DNA of 64,000 nucleotides from assembly GCA_964016885.1 (NCBI GenBank), contig OZ024758.1:17856001-17920000 (forward strand), written 5' to 3'. Positions 26,867-37,747 of the stretch are shown here, in pieces. Position 1 is the first letter of the stretch, and every line of letters starts with the position of its first letter. A model generated the notes under the pieces. That model had not been told where the DNA came from. It worked only from the letters and a program-made list of their open reading frames with translations, and did not search any database. The DNA is from Eledone cirrhosa. Taxonomy: Eukaryota. Made by a program: the position numbers and the translations under genes.

Positions 26867-27659
26867 ACGAACTGGCCAACCTGTTCGGTAGGACATTCAG
26901 CCCGGGACCTATGGATAACTTCCAGAGGTCTCTGGCCTGCCAGTGCTACCGAGGGGCTCTGCCCGTTCGAAAAAGGCTCTACAGACACGGGGGCCCGGGT
27001 AGGGACTCCTCGAAAAAGATCTGTCCCAGATGCGCGTGCGACGAGGAAACCGTTGCACACGCATTGGTACACTGCTCGGGCATTGCCGATCTGTGGGGCT
27101 ATGTCACGGGTGGGACCGATCCGGTTGACCACCGAGTCTATTGTAACGATGAAACCGCCTCCCCTCTACAAAAACGAAGGAGAGGCGGTGTTTCTGTGCG
27201 TAATAGCCATGGTGAAAGAGGTTGTATGGTGGACGCGTCTCTGAAAGGACTGAGGTCAGACACCTATCTCTCTGGCCAACAACTGGTCCGTTTCTTCCGA
27301 TATCATTTCGGAAGAAGGATCAGGATGGCAAGAGAGGTGCTGCACCCCAGACGTTTTTATGAAAGATGGGTGAATGTGGCGAGAATGGCCCGTGTGAATG
27401 GGCCTTCACTCTACATCAGACTGTAGGTGAGTAAGATGAAGAGAAGGGTTGCACACTCTTTCAGGGCTGTGTGCGAACCCCAAGGCGGCTCCTCCCTATT
27501 GAGGATTTTGTTATTCAATTTATTTTTGTTATAACTTATATTTTATATGTTTATATTTTGTTATTGCCTCCTCCTTATTGGGGACGCCTGTTTATGTAAA
27601 CTCCCCTCCCATTGTACTTGTCCCCCTCTTTGACGCCCTGGTGGCAAATCAAAAAAAGT
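26867..27659 (+). mobile_element. Tx1-like element, 5'-truncated copy (frameshifted ORF2 C-terminus + 3' UTR)
   Basis: Homologous to 32825-33629 (ELANLFGRTF..MDNFQRSLA..CPRC..HALVHC); flanked by TATCTA. Confidence 0.92.
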
Positions 27660-28132
27660 TATCTATCTATCTATCTAACTATTAACCTAGCTACCTTTCT
27701 ACCGACCTAACAGTCAATCTCCCAACTTATCTCTGTTTCTGTCTATCTACCTAGCTAGCTAGCTAGCTAGCTACATATCTATCTATCCATCCATCTATCT
27801 ATCTATATATATAGGAAAAGAGTCAGGATACAGACTGCTCTATATCTATCTAACAACCTAACTATCTGTCTTTCTATTTACCTATCCATCCGTTTTTTAC
27901 CTACCTATCTATCTATCTATCTATCTATCTTGATAGAGTAAGACACGCTTCGCATCGGCTCCGCTATTCCATCGGGATTTACCCTTACTATTGTAAGTAC
28001 CGGATAAATTTTTTAGTGCAACACATTTGGAACACTAACCCCTGTTATTTAGGGAAACATTTTTGCATTTACCCCCTTTGTAGGGGGTAAAATAAATATC
28101 TATTTTTGCCGAAAAATTTCTTTCTTGGCAGC

Positions 28133-29965
28133 ATGGCGGAAAAGATGGCAGACATGTCTGCCATTAGCTCTGCCACGCCCCCCAAGTCTGAAGAACAAAA
28201 AATAATTACAACAAAATTAGACATTGAAACAAACAAACAAAATGAAAAAACAAATGTTAAGGAAAATGAGCAAACAGAAAACAAACAAACAGAAAATAAT
28301 ACAAATAACGACAGGGCAACTTTCGCCCAGAAAACAAAACAATCCATTACATACACACCAATTGACCTAACTGCCGCCAGAGAAAAACTGGCCGAAGCAA
28401 AGAAACACATTGTTTTGGGGGAGAACGGAATGTTTTCCATTAACTCCCCCCCAGAATTCAAGAAAGCCAGAGCAGAAAACACAGTTCTCTACAGAACTAT
28501 ACTGAACCAGACAAGAAAGCCAGCACAGCCCAGCCAAATGGAAATAGAGTTAGTCCTAAAAGACTATATGAAGAATATTCTCTTCATACGAAAGGACCGA
28601 CTCTATGGCAGCATTTCGGTCCTAACAAGAGACAAAGAAACGGCGGAGAAGCTTTCCCTAAGCCCACTCTCGTCGACAACATATAGCTTCTATCCCTCCT
28701 ACATGGGTAGAAGAACACAGAGAGTAAAAGTAAAAACAATGCTGCCCACAATGGACTTCTGGTGGGCTATTGCTGGCTTCATTGATATGGGCGAAGACAC
28801 AATGCTGTCAATGGGGAAGGCAACTGGAGATGCGTTCCTGGGAATGGGCCTCGACATACTAGTCCAAATGAGGCCCGAAAGAATAGCACAAATCCCGGAT
28901 CGCATCTGGCTGGATGACCTTACCCCAATAGACATAATTGTAGAGGGGAGAAGACCAGCATGCTATTTATGCATGGAAAGGGGACACGTTAAGGCTAACT
29001 GCCCGAAACGTATCCCCCAAAAAGGACTATTGCCCACACCCACCACAAACAGTACACCAACACCACCCACCTCCAAAAATACACTAATACCACACACAGC
29101 AAACAAAATACAGACACCACCAACCACAAACACAACACAAACATCACCACCACCAGCACCAAACACAAGCACGACACAAAAATCACCACCACCAACCACA
29201 ACACAAACATCACCACCACCATCACCAACCACAAGCACGACACAAACATTACCACCACCACCACAAAACCCATTCCAAACAAATAATAAAAAAAACAGTA
29301 ACAAATCTACCCCTCCCGCAAAAAAAAAACAACCACACAACACGTCCCTCCCACCTAGCGCTGAAGAGTTTCCCCCAACTTCTGAAGAAGAAGGAGGAGA
29401 AGCCTTCAGACAAGTTAAAAGAAAAAAAAGAAAACACACACCCAGCACACCACAAATAACCCACACACAAACACCAACTCCAATCAAAAACACCCCACCC
29501 TCAACAAACAAAAATAAATCTGCGCCTCCCCTCTCCGAAACATTGACAGCATCACAAAAAAAGACGTTGCAATACACATATATAAATAAAGAAAACAAAA
29601 AACTGGTTAAATTAATAAACAATAACCCTATGGTGCAGACCGAAGGGCCAAACTTTATCTCAACAGAGAACTTCACCCATTTAAAAATGATAAAGGTCCC
29701 TCTGGACCTTTATCGTTCCTTAAAAGAACAATTTAGACGGGACGTGAGCCCCCCCTGTTTAAAACCGTTGAATCGCGTCCTCTTGAAAGATTTCCCCATA
29801 ACCGCCCCTCTCCCTGACACAACTCCAAATACCCCAACCCCACCACACACGTGTACCCCCACACCACCACAAAACATCCCTCCACCCAACACACCTGATG
29901 CCATGGAAATTACGCAACCCGGAGAGGTAAGTGCTTTTCTTTCTTCACTTTCAACACCAAAATAG
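28133..29965 (+). CDS. LINE ORF1 protein (CCHC zinc knuckle, Pro/Thr-rich low-complexity C-half, basic NLS-like patch)
   Basis: First ATG at 28133 (MAEKM); CYLCMERGHVKANC = CX2CX4HX4C preceded by IIVEGRRP; QVKRKKRK. Confidence 0.85.
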   Translation: MAEKMADMSAISSATPPKSEEQKIITTKLDIETNKQNEKTNVKENEQTENKQTENNTNNDRATFAQKTKQSITYTPIDLTAAREKLAEAKKHIVLGENGMFSINSPPEFKKARAENTVLYRTILNQTRKPAQPSQMEIELVLKDYMKNILFIRKDRLYGSISVLTRDKETAEKLSLSPLSSTTYSFYPSYMGRRTQRVKVKTMLPTMDFWWAIAGFIDMGEDTMLSMGKATGDAFLGMGLDILVQMRPERIAQIPDRIWLDDLTPIDIIVEGRRPACYLCMERGHVKANCPKRIPQKGLLPTPTTNSTPTPPTSKNTLIPHTANKIQTPPTTNTTQTSPPPAPNTSTTQKSPPPTTTQTSPPPSPTTSTTQTLPPPPQNPFQTNNKKNSNKSTPPAKKKQPHNTSLPPSAEEFPPTSEEEGGEAFRQVKRKKRKHTPSTPQITHTQTPTPIKNTPPSTNKNKSAPPLSETLTASQKKTLQYTYINKENKKLVKLINNNPMVQTEGPNFISTENFTHLKMIKVPLDLYRSLKEQFRRDVSPPCLKPLNRVLLKDFPITAPLPDTTPNTPTPPHTCTPTPPQNIPPPNTPDAMEITQPGEVSAFLSSLSTPK

Positions 29966-29970
29966 ATCAA

Positions 29971-32900
29971 TTGAGAGTTGGCTGTTTGAACGCGCGTGGC
30001 CTGGGCTCAGCTTGGAAGCAAGCAAAGCTTCTAAGTGACCTCAGGTCACAAAGTATAGATGTGATGGTTGTTTGCGAGAGTCGGATCAGCAGCGTGAGAC
30101 AGCTGGCGCCCGCCTTCGATGACTTTGAGATGCACGCATCTCTCTGTCAACCCGGAGGCGGGGGGGGGGGAGTTGCCGTACTGCTGGATAAACGTCTGAC
30201 TCTCGACGTACAGATTGTTCACTCGGACCCGGGGGGTCGATTACTGGTGCTGGACGTCGGAGGCGGTGAAGGCGGGGCTTTCAGACTGGTCGGTCTTTAT
30301 GCTCCCTTCGGGGCGGAAAGAGCCGACTTCTTCCAACGTCTGGAGACTTTTCTAGGAACGTCGCGTTCCCTGCTTTTAGTGGGGGACTGGAATGGAATCC
30401 TAGATGCGCGTTGGGACTATGCAGGGGCATGTCCCGATAGAGGGGGGTGTAGCAGCCTCAAGGGGTTACTCGATCGATTCGACCTGGTCGATAGATTTCG
30501 ACTAGATTGTCCAACTGCGCCAACCTGGACCTGGGCAAACCGCAGTGGACAATCTAGATCGTACCTAGATAGGTTTTTGGTTAGGAGTAAGGATAGGGAC
30601 GTATTTAGTTGTCCAGAACTGATCATGGTTGGCTATTCAGATCACAAATTAGTGACCTGCGTGGTCAACCTTGATAGAACGCATAGACAGGGTCCCGGTT
30701 ACTGGAAGATGAACTTGTCCTTACCGACAAAGAAAGATTACAGAAACCGGATTAGTAGCTTAGTTAAGATGCGGTTGATGGGAGCGATCGTCAACAGTAG
30801 GTGGTGGATATCTCTAAAGAGAGAGATTAGAGTAAGTTCGATAGGTTACAGTAAGGAACTAGCGGCGAATAGAAATAGGAGGGAAAGGGAGTTAACAGAT
30901 AAACTAGAAGAGGCGATTAGGAGCGGAGACGTAGCCAGAGTGTTAGCGACGAGAACGGCATTGAGCCAGTTCTTTGACGCGAAGCACGAAGGCTGCGTTG
31001 TCCGAAGTAAAATACGTGCTTTAGGAAACGAGGGGACCAAAGCTGTTAGCTGGGCCCGCGTGACAGAAGCCAAGAGTGGGATTAAATCCACCATTCGGTC
31101 TTTGCGAGACCAGGATGGACGGGTGATCCTTGAACCTGAGCGAATGTGCGAGACCTTTCAAAGGCACTTTGCTCGACTGTTCGGAGGTGGCGGGGGGCCG
31201 GACGGGGATGTGGACTTCGGTCCATACCTCGACGGTCTACCGCGTCGTTCGAGCGGCGAAGCGGAGTGCTGCGAAAGGCCAATCACAGCCACTGAAATCG
31301 GGGAAGCGCTCAGCCAATGCAGCAGACGCAAATCCCCGGGTCTCGATGGTCTACCATACGAACTTTATTTAGCTATGCCGGTCTTGTTCTCCGAACTCCT
31401 CGAGGCTGTCTATTGCAACTGGCAACAGAACGGGAGAATTCCCTGTTCTGTGACCAAGGGCGTGGTCACGCTAGTGAGGAAGGACGAGAGCAAGGGGGAC
31501 GACTTAAGTAACTTTAGGCCCATAACTCTGCTGAATGCAGAGTTACAGATTTTGGCCAAGGTGTTGGCGAAGAGGTTGGCGCTTGTGGTGGGTGGTTTGG
31601 TGGGAGACGCGCAGACATGCGCTATCCCGTCCAGGTCCATTCACGACAACCTCCACCTCATGCGATACATCATAGAGAGGGTTGGCTACGAACCCGGCTT
31701 TGGTGGGGCCCTGATCAACTTGGATCAATCTAAGGCGTTCGATGGGGTCGACCATGGTTACCTGGATGCGGTGCTAGCGGCGGCGGGCTTCGGACCCGTT
31801 TTCAGGGGCTGGATTTCTGCCATGCACAGTGGCAACATCTACTCTAGGATTAAAGTAAACGGCTACCTCTCGGAGCCGTTTCAAATCACCCGATCCATCA
31901 GACAGGGGTGCCCCCTCTCCTCCCTTCTGTACGTATTGACTCTCGAGCCACTGCTGCGGAAGTTGGAGTTGCTGCGGGGCATACCCCTGGAACCGGGATT
32001 GCACAAAGCGGTCTCGGCCTATGCCGACGACGTAACAGTAATGGTGGCGGACGCCTCGGAAATCGGGGCGATCGCCACCCTACTGGAGGAATACGAAAGG
32101 CTGACGGGGGCTAAGCTGAACCAGGACAAGTCAGTCGGTTTGCAACTCGGAACGTGGAGGGGCAAACCGATGCCGTTAGACGTTGTCGTCGGGCGGTGGA
32201 CGGAGGGCCCGGTGAAGCTGCTCGGGGTCTGGTTCGGACCGGACCTCCAGGTGGAGAAGAATTGGGGCGAGGTGACGAGCAGGGTGTTTGCGCTGACCCA
32301 GAAGTGGGCCAAGTGCAAACTATCACTGAAAGGTCGGGCGGAGGTGACGAACGCTTACATAGCGTCCGTCATCTACTACCGCCTGACCGTCGTGCCTTGC
32401 CCCAAGGAAAAGCTCACCATCATGGAACGCATGCTCTTCCTCTGGAAGAAGCGGCCTCCCATGGTGAGGAGATCCATCTGCTGCCAGCACCCTTCGAAAG
32501 GAGGGCTGGGTATGCCGTGGCTGTTGATGCGTAGGCACGCATTGAGGCTACGGCATCTACAGGTATTCCTCAACGGTCAGCCGGTGTGGGCCCCGTTTGT
32601 GAGGCGAGCCTTCCCACAGCTCGTCTCGCTCACCGAACTGCAATCCTGGGTGAAGCAAAGACCGAGAAAACTGGGCAACTGGCACACTGAGTGTGCCCAG
32701 GCGCTCACGGCTATCTGGCAAGCGGACCCGACTGTCAGTGGAGAATCCACCTCGACATTCTATAGAGGGTTGGTGGCTAGCAGGGGCGACGACACCCTTG
32801 GAGAGTCGCTAGGCATGGAGGAGGACGAACTGGCCAGCCTGTTCGGTAGAACTTTCGGCCCGGGACCCATGGACAACTTCCAGAGGTCCCTAGCCTGGCA

Positions 32901-33396
32901 GTGTTACCGGGGGGCTCTGCCCGTTCGAGAAAAGCTCTACAGACACGGGCGCCCGGGCAGGGATCCCGCGAAAAAGATCTGTCCCAGATGCGTGCGCGAC
33001 GAGGAAACCGTTGCGCATGCACTGGTACACTGCCCGGGCGTTGCCGATCTGTGGGGCTACGTCGAACGACTGCTGTCGCGTGTGGCGCCGATTCGATTAA
33101 CCGCCGAGTCTGTGGTGAACATCAAGCCGCCTCCTCCCTTCAGAAATGAAGCAGAGGCGGTCTTTCTGTGCGTAATAGCCATGATGAAAGAGGTTGTGTG
33201 GTGGACGCGCCTGAAAGGTCTGAGGTCGGGTGACTTTCTCTCCGGCCATCACCTGGTTTACTTCTTCCGTTACCACTTCGGAAGAATAATCAGGATGGAG
33301 AGAGAAGTGCTTGGTCCCAGACAGTTTTATGAAAGGTGGGTGAAAGAAGCGAGAATGGCCCGTGTAAATGGGCCTTCTCTCTACATTGTTCTGTAG
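29971..33396 (+). CDS. LINE ORF2: apurinic-like endonuclease + reverse transcriptase + C-terminal CCHC finger
   Basis: CLNARGL, LLVGDWN, SYLDRF, YSDH, GPGYWKMN, SPGLDGLP, FRPITLLN, DQSKAFD, RQGCPLS, AYADD, GGLG, CPRC-X8-HALVHC; starts at TTG. Confidence 0.95.
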   Translation: MRVGCLNARGLGSAWKQAKLLSDLRSQSIDVMVVCESRISSVRQLAPAFDDFEMHASLCQPGGGGGGVAVLLDKRLTLDVQIVHSDPGGRLLVLDVGGGEGGAFRLVGLYAPFGAERADFFQRLETFLGTSRSLLLVGDWNGILDARWDYAGACPDRGGCSSLKGLLDRFDLVDRFRLDCPTAPTWTWANRSGQSRSYLDRFLVRSKDRDVFSCPELIMVGYSDHKLVTCVVNLDRTHRQGPGYWKMNLSLPTKKDYRNRISSLVKMRLMGAIVNSRWWISLKREIRVSSIGYSKELAANRNRRERELTDKLEEAIRSGDVARVLATRTALSQFFDAKHEGCVVRSKIRALGNEGTKAVSWARVTEAKSGIKSTIRSLRDQDGRVILEPERMCETFQRHFARLFGGGGGPDGDVDFGPYLDGLPRRSSGEAECCERPITATEIGEALSQCSRRKSPGLDGLPYELYLAMPVLFSELLEAVYCNWQQNGRIPCSVTKGVVTLVRKDESKGDDLSNFRPITLLNAELQILAKVLAKRLALVVGGLVGDAQTCAIPSRSIHDNLHLMRYIIERVGYEPGFGGALINLDQSKAFDGVDHGYLDAVLAAAGFGPVFRGWISAMHSGNIYSRIKVNGYLSEPFQITRSIRQGCPLSSLLYVLTLEPLLRKLELLRGIPLEPGLHKAVSAYADDVTVMVADASEIGAIATLLEEYERLTGAKLNQDKSVGLQLGTWRGKPMPLDVVVGRWTEGPVKLLGVWFGPDLQVEKNWGEVTSRVFALTQKWAKCKLSLKGRAEVTNAYIASVIYYRLTVVPCPKEKLTIMERMLFLWKKRPPMVRRSICCQHPSKGGLGMPWLLMRRHALRLRHLQVFLNGQPVWAPFVRRAFPQLVSLTELQSWVKQRPRKLGNWHTECAQALTAIWQADPTVSGESTSTFYRGLVASRGDDTLGESLGMEEDELASLFGRTFGPGPMDNFQRSLAWQCYRGALPVREKLYRHGRPGRDPAKKICPRCVRDEETVAHALVHCPGVADLWGYVERLLSRVAPIRLTAESVVNIKPPPPFRNEAEAVFLCVIAMMKEVVWWTRLKGLRSGDFLSGHHLVYFFRYHFGRIIRMEREVLGPRQFYERWVKEARMARVNGPSLYIVL

Positions 33397-33939
33397 GTGA
33401 AGAAGTGAAGAGGAAAGGGGGAGCGCCTCCTCTCTGGGCTTCCCCCGCGAAAAGAGTTGCACACTTTTCGGGGGTATGTGCAATCCCCAACATGCCCCCC
33501 TCCCTTTTGAGGACTTTTTATTGTTATATTATTATTGTTATTCCTTTTTTCTTTACTCGATTTATGTAAACTCCCCCACTGTGTAAATGTCCCCTTCTTT
33601 TGTGCCCTCGTGGCAAATAAATAGAAATTTATCTATCTATCTAACGATCCACCTTTTATATATATATATAGTATATATAATATATATATATATATAAATA
33701 ATATATATATATGTATTCGTCTATTTATTTCTTATTCCATCATATACAACTATATAATGCCTTCTGCCATTGTAGAAACGTCAATCAACAAAACAACACA
33801 ACAACCATCATCATCATCATCGATATCACCATTATCCATTATCATCACCATACACTTGACATAAAAGAAAGCATATATATATATATATATGTATATATAA
33901 AATGTAGATATGTGTATGTATATTATAGTATATATATAT

Positions 33940-33979
<40 letters not shown>

Positions 33980-34020
33980 GGTTATATATAAATGTAGATA
34001 TAGGCATGTATATGTATATA

Positions 34021-34075
<55 letters not shown>

Positions 34076-34627
34076 GGATATCTATTTTATTCGGTGTATG
34101 GAAATTGATACAGTAAGCCGAAGATCAAAAGGTGATCTATCTAAAATATAGACTCGAGATGAATGTTATTTGCTTCTTACTCTCTTGTATTCTGAGATAA
34201 AGCAATCTTCCCGGCAACAGAAACATTTCAATCTGAAAAATAGGAAGAAATAGAAGAGAAGATTATCTTTCATCTTCAATGACAATCTCAAGATATTCTC
34301 AATGATAAGATCAACAATAACTAGTTAGCATAAGTGAGTAATGAGTAATTCTCTAGGTATATCTATATAATTAATTCTATTACTACTCTGAAGTATAATT
34401 GAATATTAGATTCATATATTTTATTCAACTCTCTCTACTTTTAGTTATTAGGCAGCGGCCATGCTGGAACATTTCGTTAAAGGGATATAATTGATTATGA
34501 CGATGTCCAGTACTTATATATTTAAATATATTTCTTTCGGCCCCACTAAGTTACAGATTGTAATGAAGCAGTAAATGTAAACAATGACCCGCACATACAA
34601 ACACTTATATATATATATATATATATA

Positions 34628-34735
34628 TAAACAAAGAAAGTGTGGTAAAGAACCAGGTGGTAAAGAACCAGGTGGACCATAACGCACGTCGAAACGGCCG
34701 GAGTTCAGCCGTCGGAGTCCTAACTCTTTCCCTAT
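34628..34735. mobile_element. Family A inverted/rearranged copy
   Basis: Antisense 3' tail joined to sense GTCGAAACGGCCGG...TTTCCCTATA. Confidence 0.8.
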
Positions 34736-34774
<39 letters not shown>

Positions 34775-34829
34775 ATTATATATATATTATATATAATATA
34801 TATAATATATATATATATATACTATATAT

Positions 34830-35180
34830 ATAAAAGAAAATGAGGTTTTTTTTAAATGACAAAAAACGAGACATCCTACACGAGTAAAAGTATAAGGAAA
34901 AAAGATGGAATCGAAAATGCAGCTGGAGTCTTTTTAAGAATATTTATTTGTTTCCTTTACCGGTTTCACAGTTCTTATGCTTTACAAAAGTAGAATTGAG
35001 ATGGGGTGTCTGTGGTTTTTCTCACATGTGAGAAAAACCACAGACCCTCCATCTCAACTCACCTTTTGAAAAGCAGAAGAACTGCGAAACCGGTAAAGGA
35101 ACCAAATAAATATAATATTATTTAACAAAAAAAAATAAGACTTCAGTTGCATTTTCGATTTCATCTCTTTTTCTTTAATA
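34830..35180. mobile_element. Fold-back element with variant hammerhead
   Basis: Imperfect palindrome centred on CACATGTG (~35026); CCTT-TTGAAAA-GCAG aagaa CTGC-GAAA-CCGG-TA-AAGG at 35062-35099. Confidence 0.7.
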
Positions 35181-35204
35181 TTATATAATATATATAATAT
35201 ATAT

Positions 35205-35265
35205 AAGTATTGAGTACTTTGGTGCGTTATGGTCCACCTGGTTCCTTACCACATTTCCTCCGTTA
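35205..35265 (+). mobile_element. Family A 3' tail fragment
   Basis: AAGTATTGAGTACTTTGGTGCGTTATGGTCCACCTGG..ACCACATTTCCTCCGTT|ATAT. Confidence 0.8.
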
Positions 35266-35279
35266 TATATAATATATAT

Positions 35280-35442
35280 AAAAGGGAGTATAACTTGGAG
35301 TTACTGCAGATTCACCCGGGTGAGCACTCGATGTTTAGGGTTCACTTCTGTGTGAGGTGTAGAGCTATACAGTTGCGAAACGCGCGTCACCTACCAATTA
35401 AATGTAATGAAGGAGTAACCAATCGTCCTTGTTATCCTTTCA
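35280..35442 (+). mobile_element. TA-flanked element with decayed hammerhead; tail shared with 18215-18265
   Basis: AGGT-(core damaged)-GC..GC-GAAA-CGCGCG-TC-ACCT; tail AATGTAATGAAGGAG..TCGTCCTTGTT. Confidence 0.5.
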
Positions 35443-35460
35443 ATATATATATCTATCTAT

Positions 35461-35585
35461 CTAAAGGCGGGTAAAATTCCTGAGATCCATGGACGAGTTC
35501 TCTCCAGCGGTCTCTGTCCCTCATTATCGCTGCCATTTCCTGCATCTCAAACAGACCAGTGTCTGTCCTTAGGGCATCAACATAC
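35461..35585 (-). mobile_element. RTE-type LINE extreme 3' fragment
   Basis: YVDALRTDTGLFEMQEMAAIMRDRDRWRELV resembles the RTE C-terminus. Confidence 0.6.
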
Positions 35586-35613
35586 GATATATATATATTA
35601 TATATATATATAT

Positions 35614-35642
<29 letters not shown>

Positions 35643-35645
<3 letters not shown>

Positions 35646-35812
35646 TGTTTGCTACTTTTGGCACAAGGTATTACTGGTAGTTTAGTTTTATCGACCCCGT
35701 ATGGACGAAAGGTAAATTAAGCTCGGTGGGATTTGAACTCAGACCATAAAGGGCCGGTAACTCTGCAAAGCATGGCGTCCGACCCCTCTACCGATACTGC
35801 CAATCCACCACC
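35643..35812 (-). mobile_element. tRNA-head SINE with (ATT)n tail
   Basis: Full minus-strand SINE next to (AAT)n. Confidence 0.85.
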
Positions 35813-36158
35813 CTATAGTATAGTAATAATAGGTAATATATATATATTTATATATATAAATACATACATATATATATACAGTATATATAGTATTATATGA
35901 TTAATATATATATATACATATAGTATATATATATATATATATATACATATATATATACTGTATATTAATATATACATAGTATATATATATATATGACGAC
36001 ATATATAGATACACACGCATAGTATATTAGTTAGTAGTTTATAGTAGTATATATAGTATAGATACATATGATATATATTATATATATATCCATAGTATAT
36101 ATATATATACATACATATATATATATAATATACATATATATATATAAGTATATATATA

Positions 36159-36195
<37 letters not shown>

Positions 36196-36383
36196 CATAC
36201 AATATATATATATTATTTCATACATATATATATATATATATATACATACATATATATTATATTATATATATATATATATAATATAATAATATATATATAC
36301 ATATACATATACATATATATATATATATAATATACATATACATATACAATATACATATACATATACATATATATATATATACA

Positions 36384-36425
<42 letters not shown>

Positions 36426-36445
36426 ATATATATATATATATTATA

Positions 36446-36481
<36 letters not shown>

Positions 36482-36976
36482 TATTATATATATATATATA
36501 TAATATATTATATACACAGAGACTGAGAACAAGATCGATAGTTGGATAAATTGATGGATAAATAGATAAATTGAGACACAAAAACACATGTATAATATGT
36601 TAAGTTGTCTTCAAATAAATTGACAGAAAAGGTGTTAGATAACGTAAGTATTTGATTAATCCAGAAACATCTGTTATAGAGAAGAATGAATGATTGCGTG
36701 TACATGAAAGATTTACGCACATACACAATCGGTTTCTTACTTACAGAAAGACACACAAAGCAGTTTTCACACTCCCACAAACTATCACTCCTTGCATAAG
36801 ACCCCTTTCTGTCTCTCTGCATGGCTGTCAGGTTGTTTCTAGCCTCGGTGCCATACTCTCTCTATGTAGTTTTCAATAGCATTTACACTCACACGCACAA
36901 GAAAGGTGCTCAAATGAATAGCCTAATTCTTTTAGAATGCTTATTATACACTTAGTGGCTTAATATAATATATATA

Positions 36977-37041
<65 letters not shown>

Positions 37042-37124
37042 TATAATAAAGTAATGAGTGCGGGACTGCGTGCAGAATATATTTTTTTTATCCCGTTTGG
37101 TAAAATAAGTTGGATTACTTTGAA

Positions 37125-37318
37125 TAAATAATTGTTTCTACTTTTGGCACAACGCCACCAATTACTGAGTACATTACTGGTACTTTATTTTATCGACCCG
37201 TAAGTATGAAAGGCAAAGTTAACCTCGGCGGGATTTGAACTGAGATTGTAAAAGGGACGTAACTATGCTGGAAACATACATGTCCGACCCTCTACCGATA
37301 CTGCCAATTCAGCGCCCT
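37125..37318 (-). mobile_element. tRNA-head SINE
   Basis: Full minus-strand SINE motifs. Confidence 0.85.
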
Positions 37319-37747
37319 TTGAATACATAATTGTTTCTATTTTATTCAGAAGCCAGCAATTACCCCTTTGAATAAATAATTAATGACTATCACATAATTT
37401 ATCTACTAATTTTCGTTATTCTTGATTAATATCAATAATCTTGCTGCTTATTTTAAGTTTCACTTCTTTAACATTTTCAAATGTCAACACTTTCGGTTAG
37501 CGATCGCTTAAATAAACATTCATATATTTCTGTCACTAATTTTCTCCTAATGCAGTTTATATATAATATCGTTATTTTTAATGTATCATGGATCAGTTAC
37601 TGATTACATAAGACAGTTTCTGTGTATATTGTCAATTACGATTTTATTTGATGTATCATATCTACATGTATATATACTTGCGTATACTATCAATATGCAC
37701 ACTACAAATACCACCCGAGGGTGTTTTTTCTGCTAGTATATATAATT

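Larger units (their letters stand above)
27931..33629 (+). mobile_element. Full-length Tx1-clade (L1 group) non-LTR retrotransposon inserted in (CTAT)n
   Basis: ~200-bp 5' UTR, ORF1, ORF2, 3' UTR with AATAAA, no poly(A); CTAT repeats at both junctions. Confidence 0.92.

Noticed and set aside
26755-27426. 223-aa ORF as an independent gene
   Set aside because: It is a chance fusion of a 3' UTR stub with a frameshifted, truncated Tx1 ORF2 end
29927-29965. Intron (GTAAGT...TAG) fusing ORF1 to ORF2
   Set aside because: Only 39 nt; removal gives GAG ATC AAT TGA (stop), and nearby AGs do not give the ORF2 frame
28069-33493. Antisense and alternate-frame ORFs inside the LINE
   Set aside because: Shadows of biased composition and GC-rich coding sequence; no recognisable motifs
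34140-34320. GIY-YIG C-terminal remnant (EIEEKIIFHLQ*..ILN)
   Set aside because: Too degenerate to support without a search
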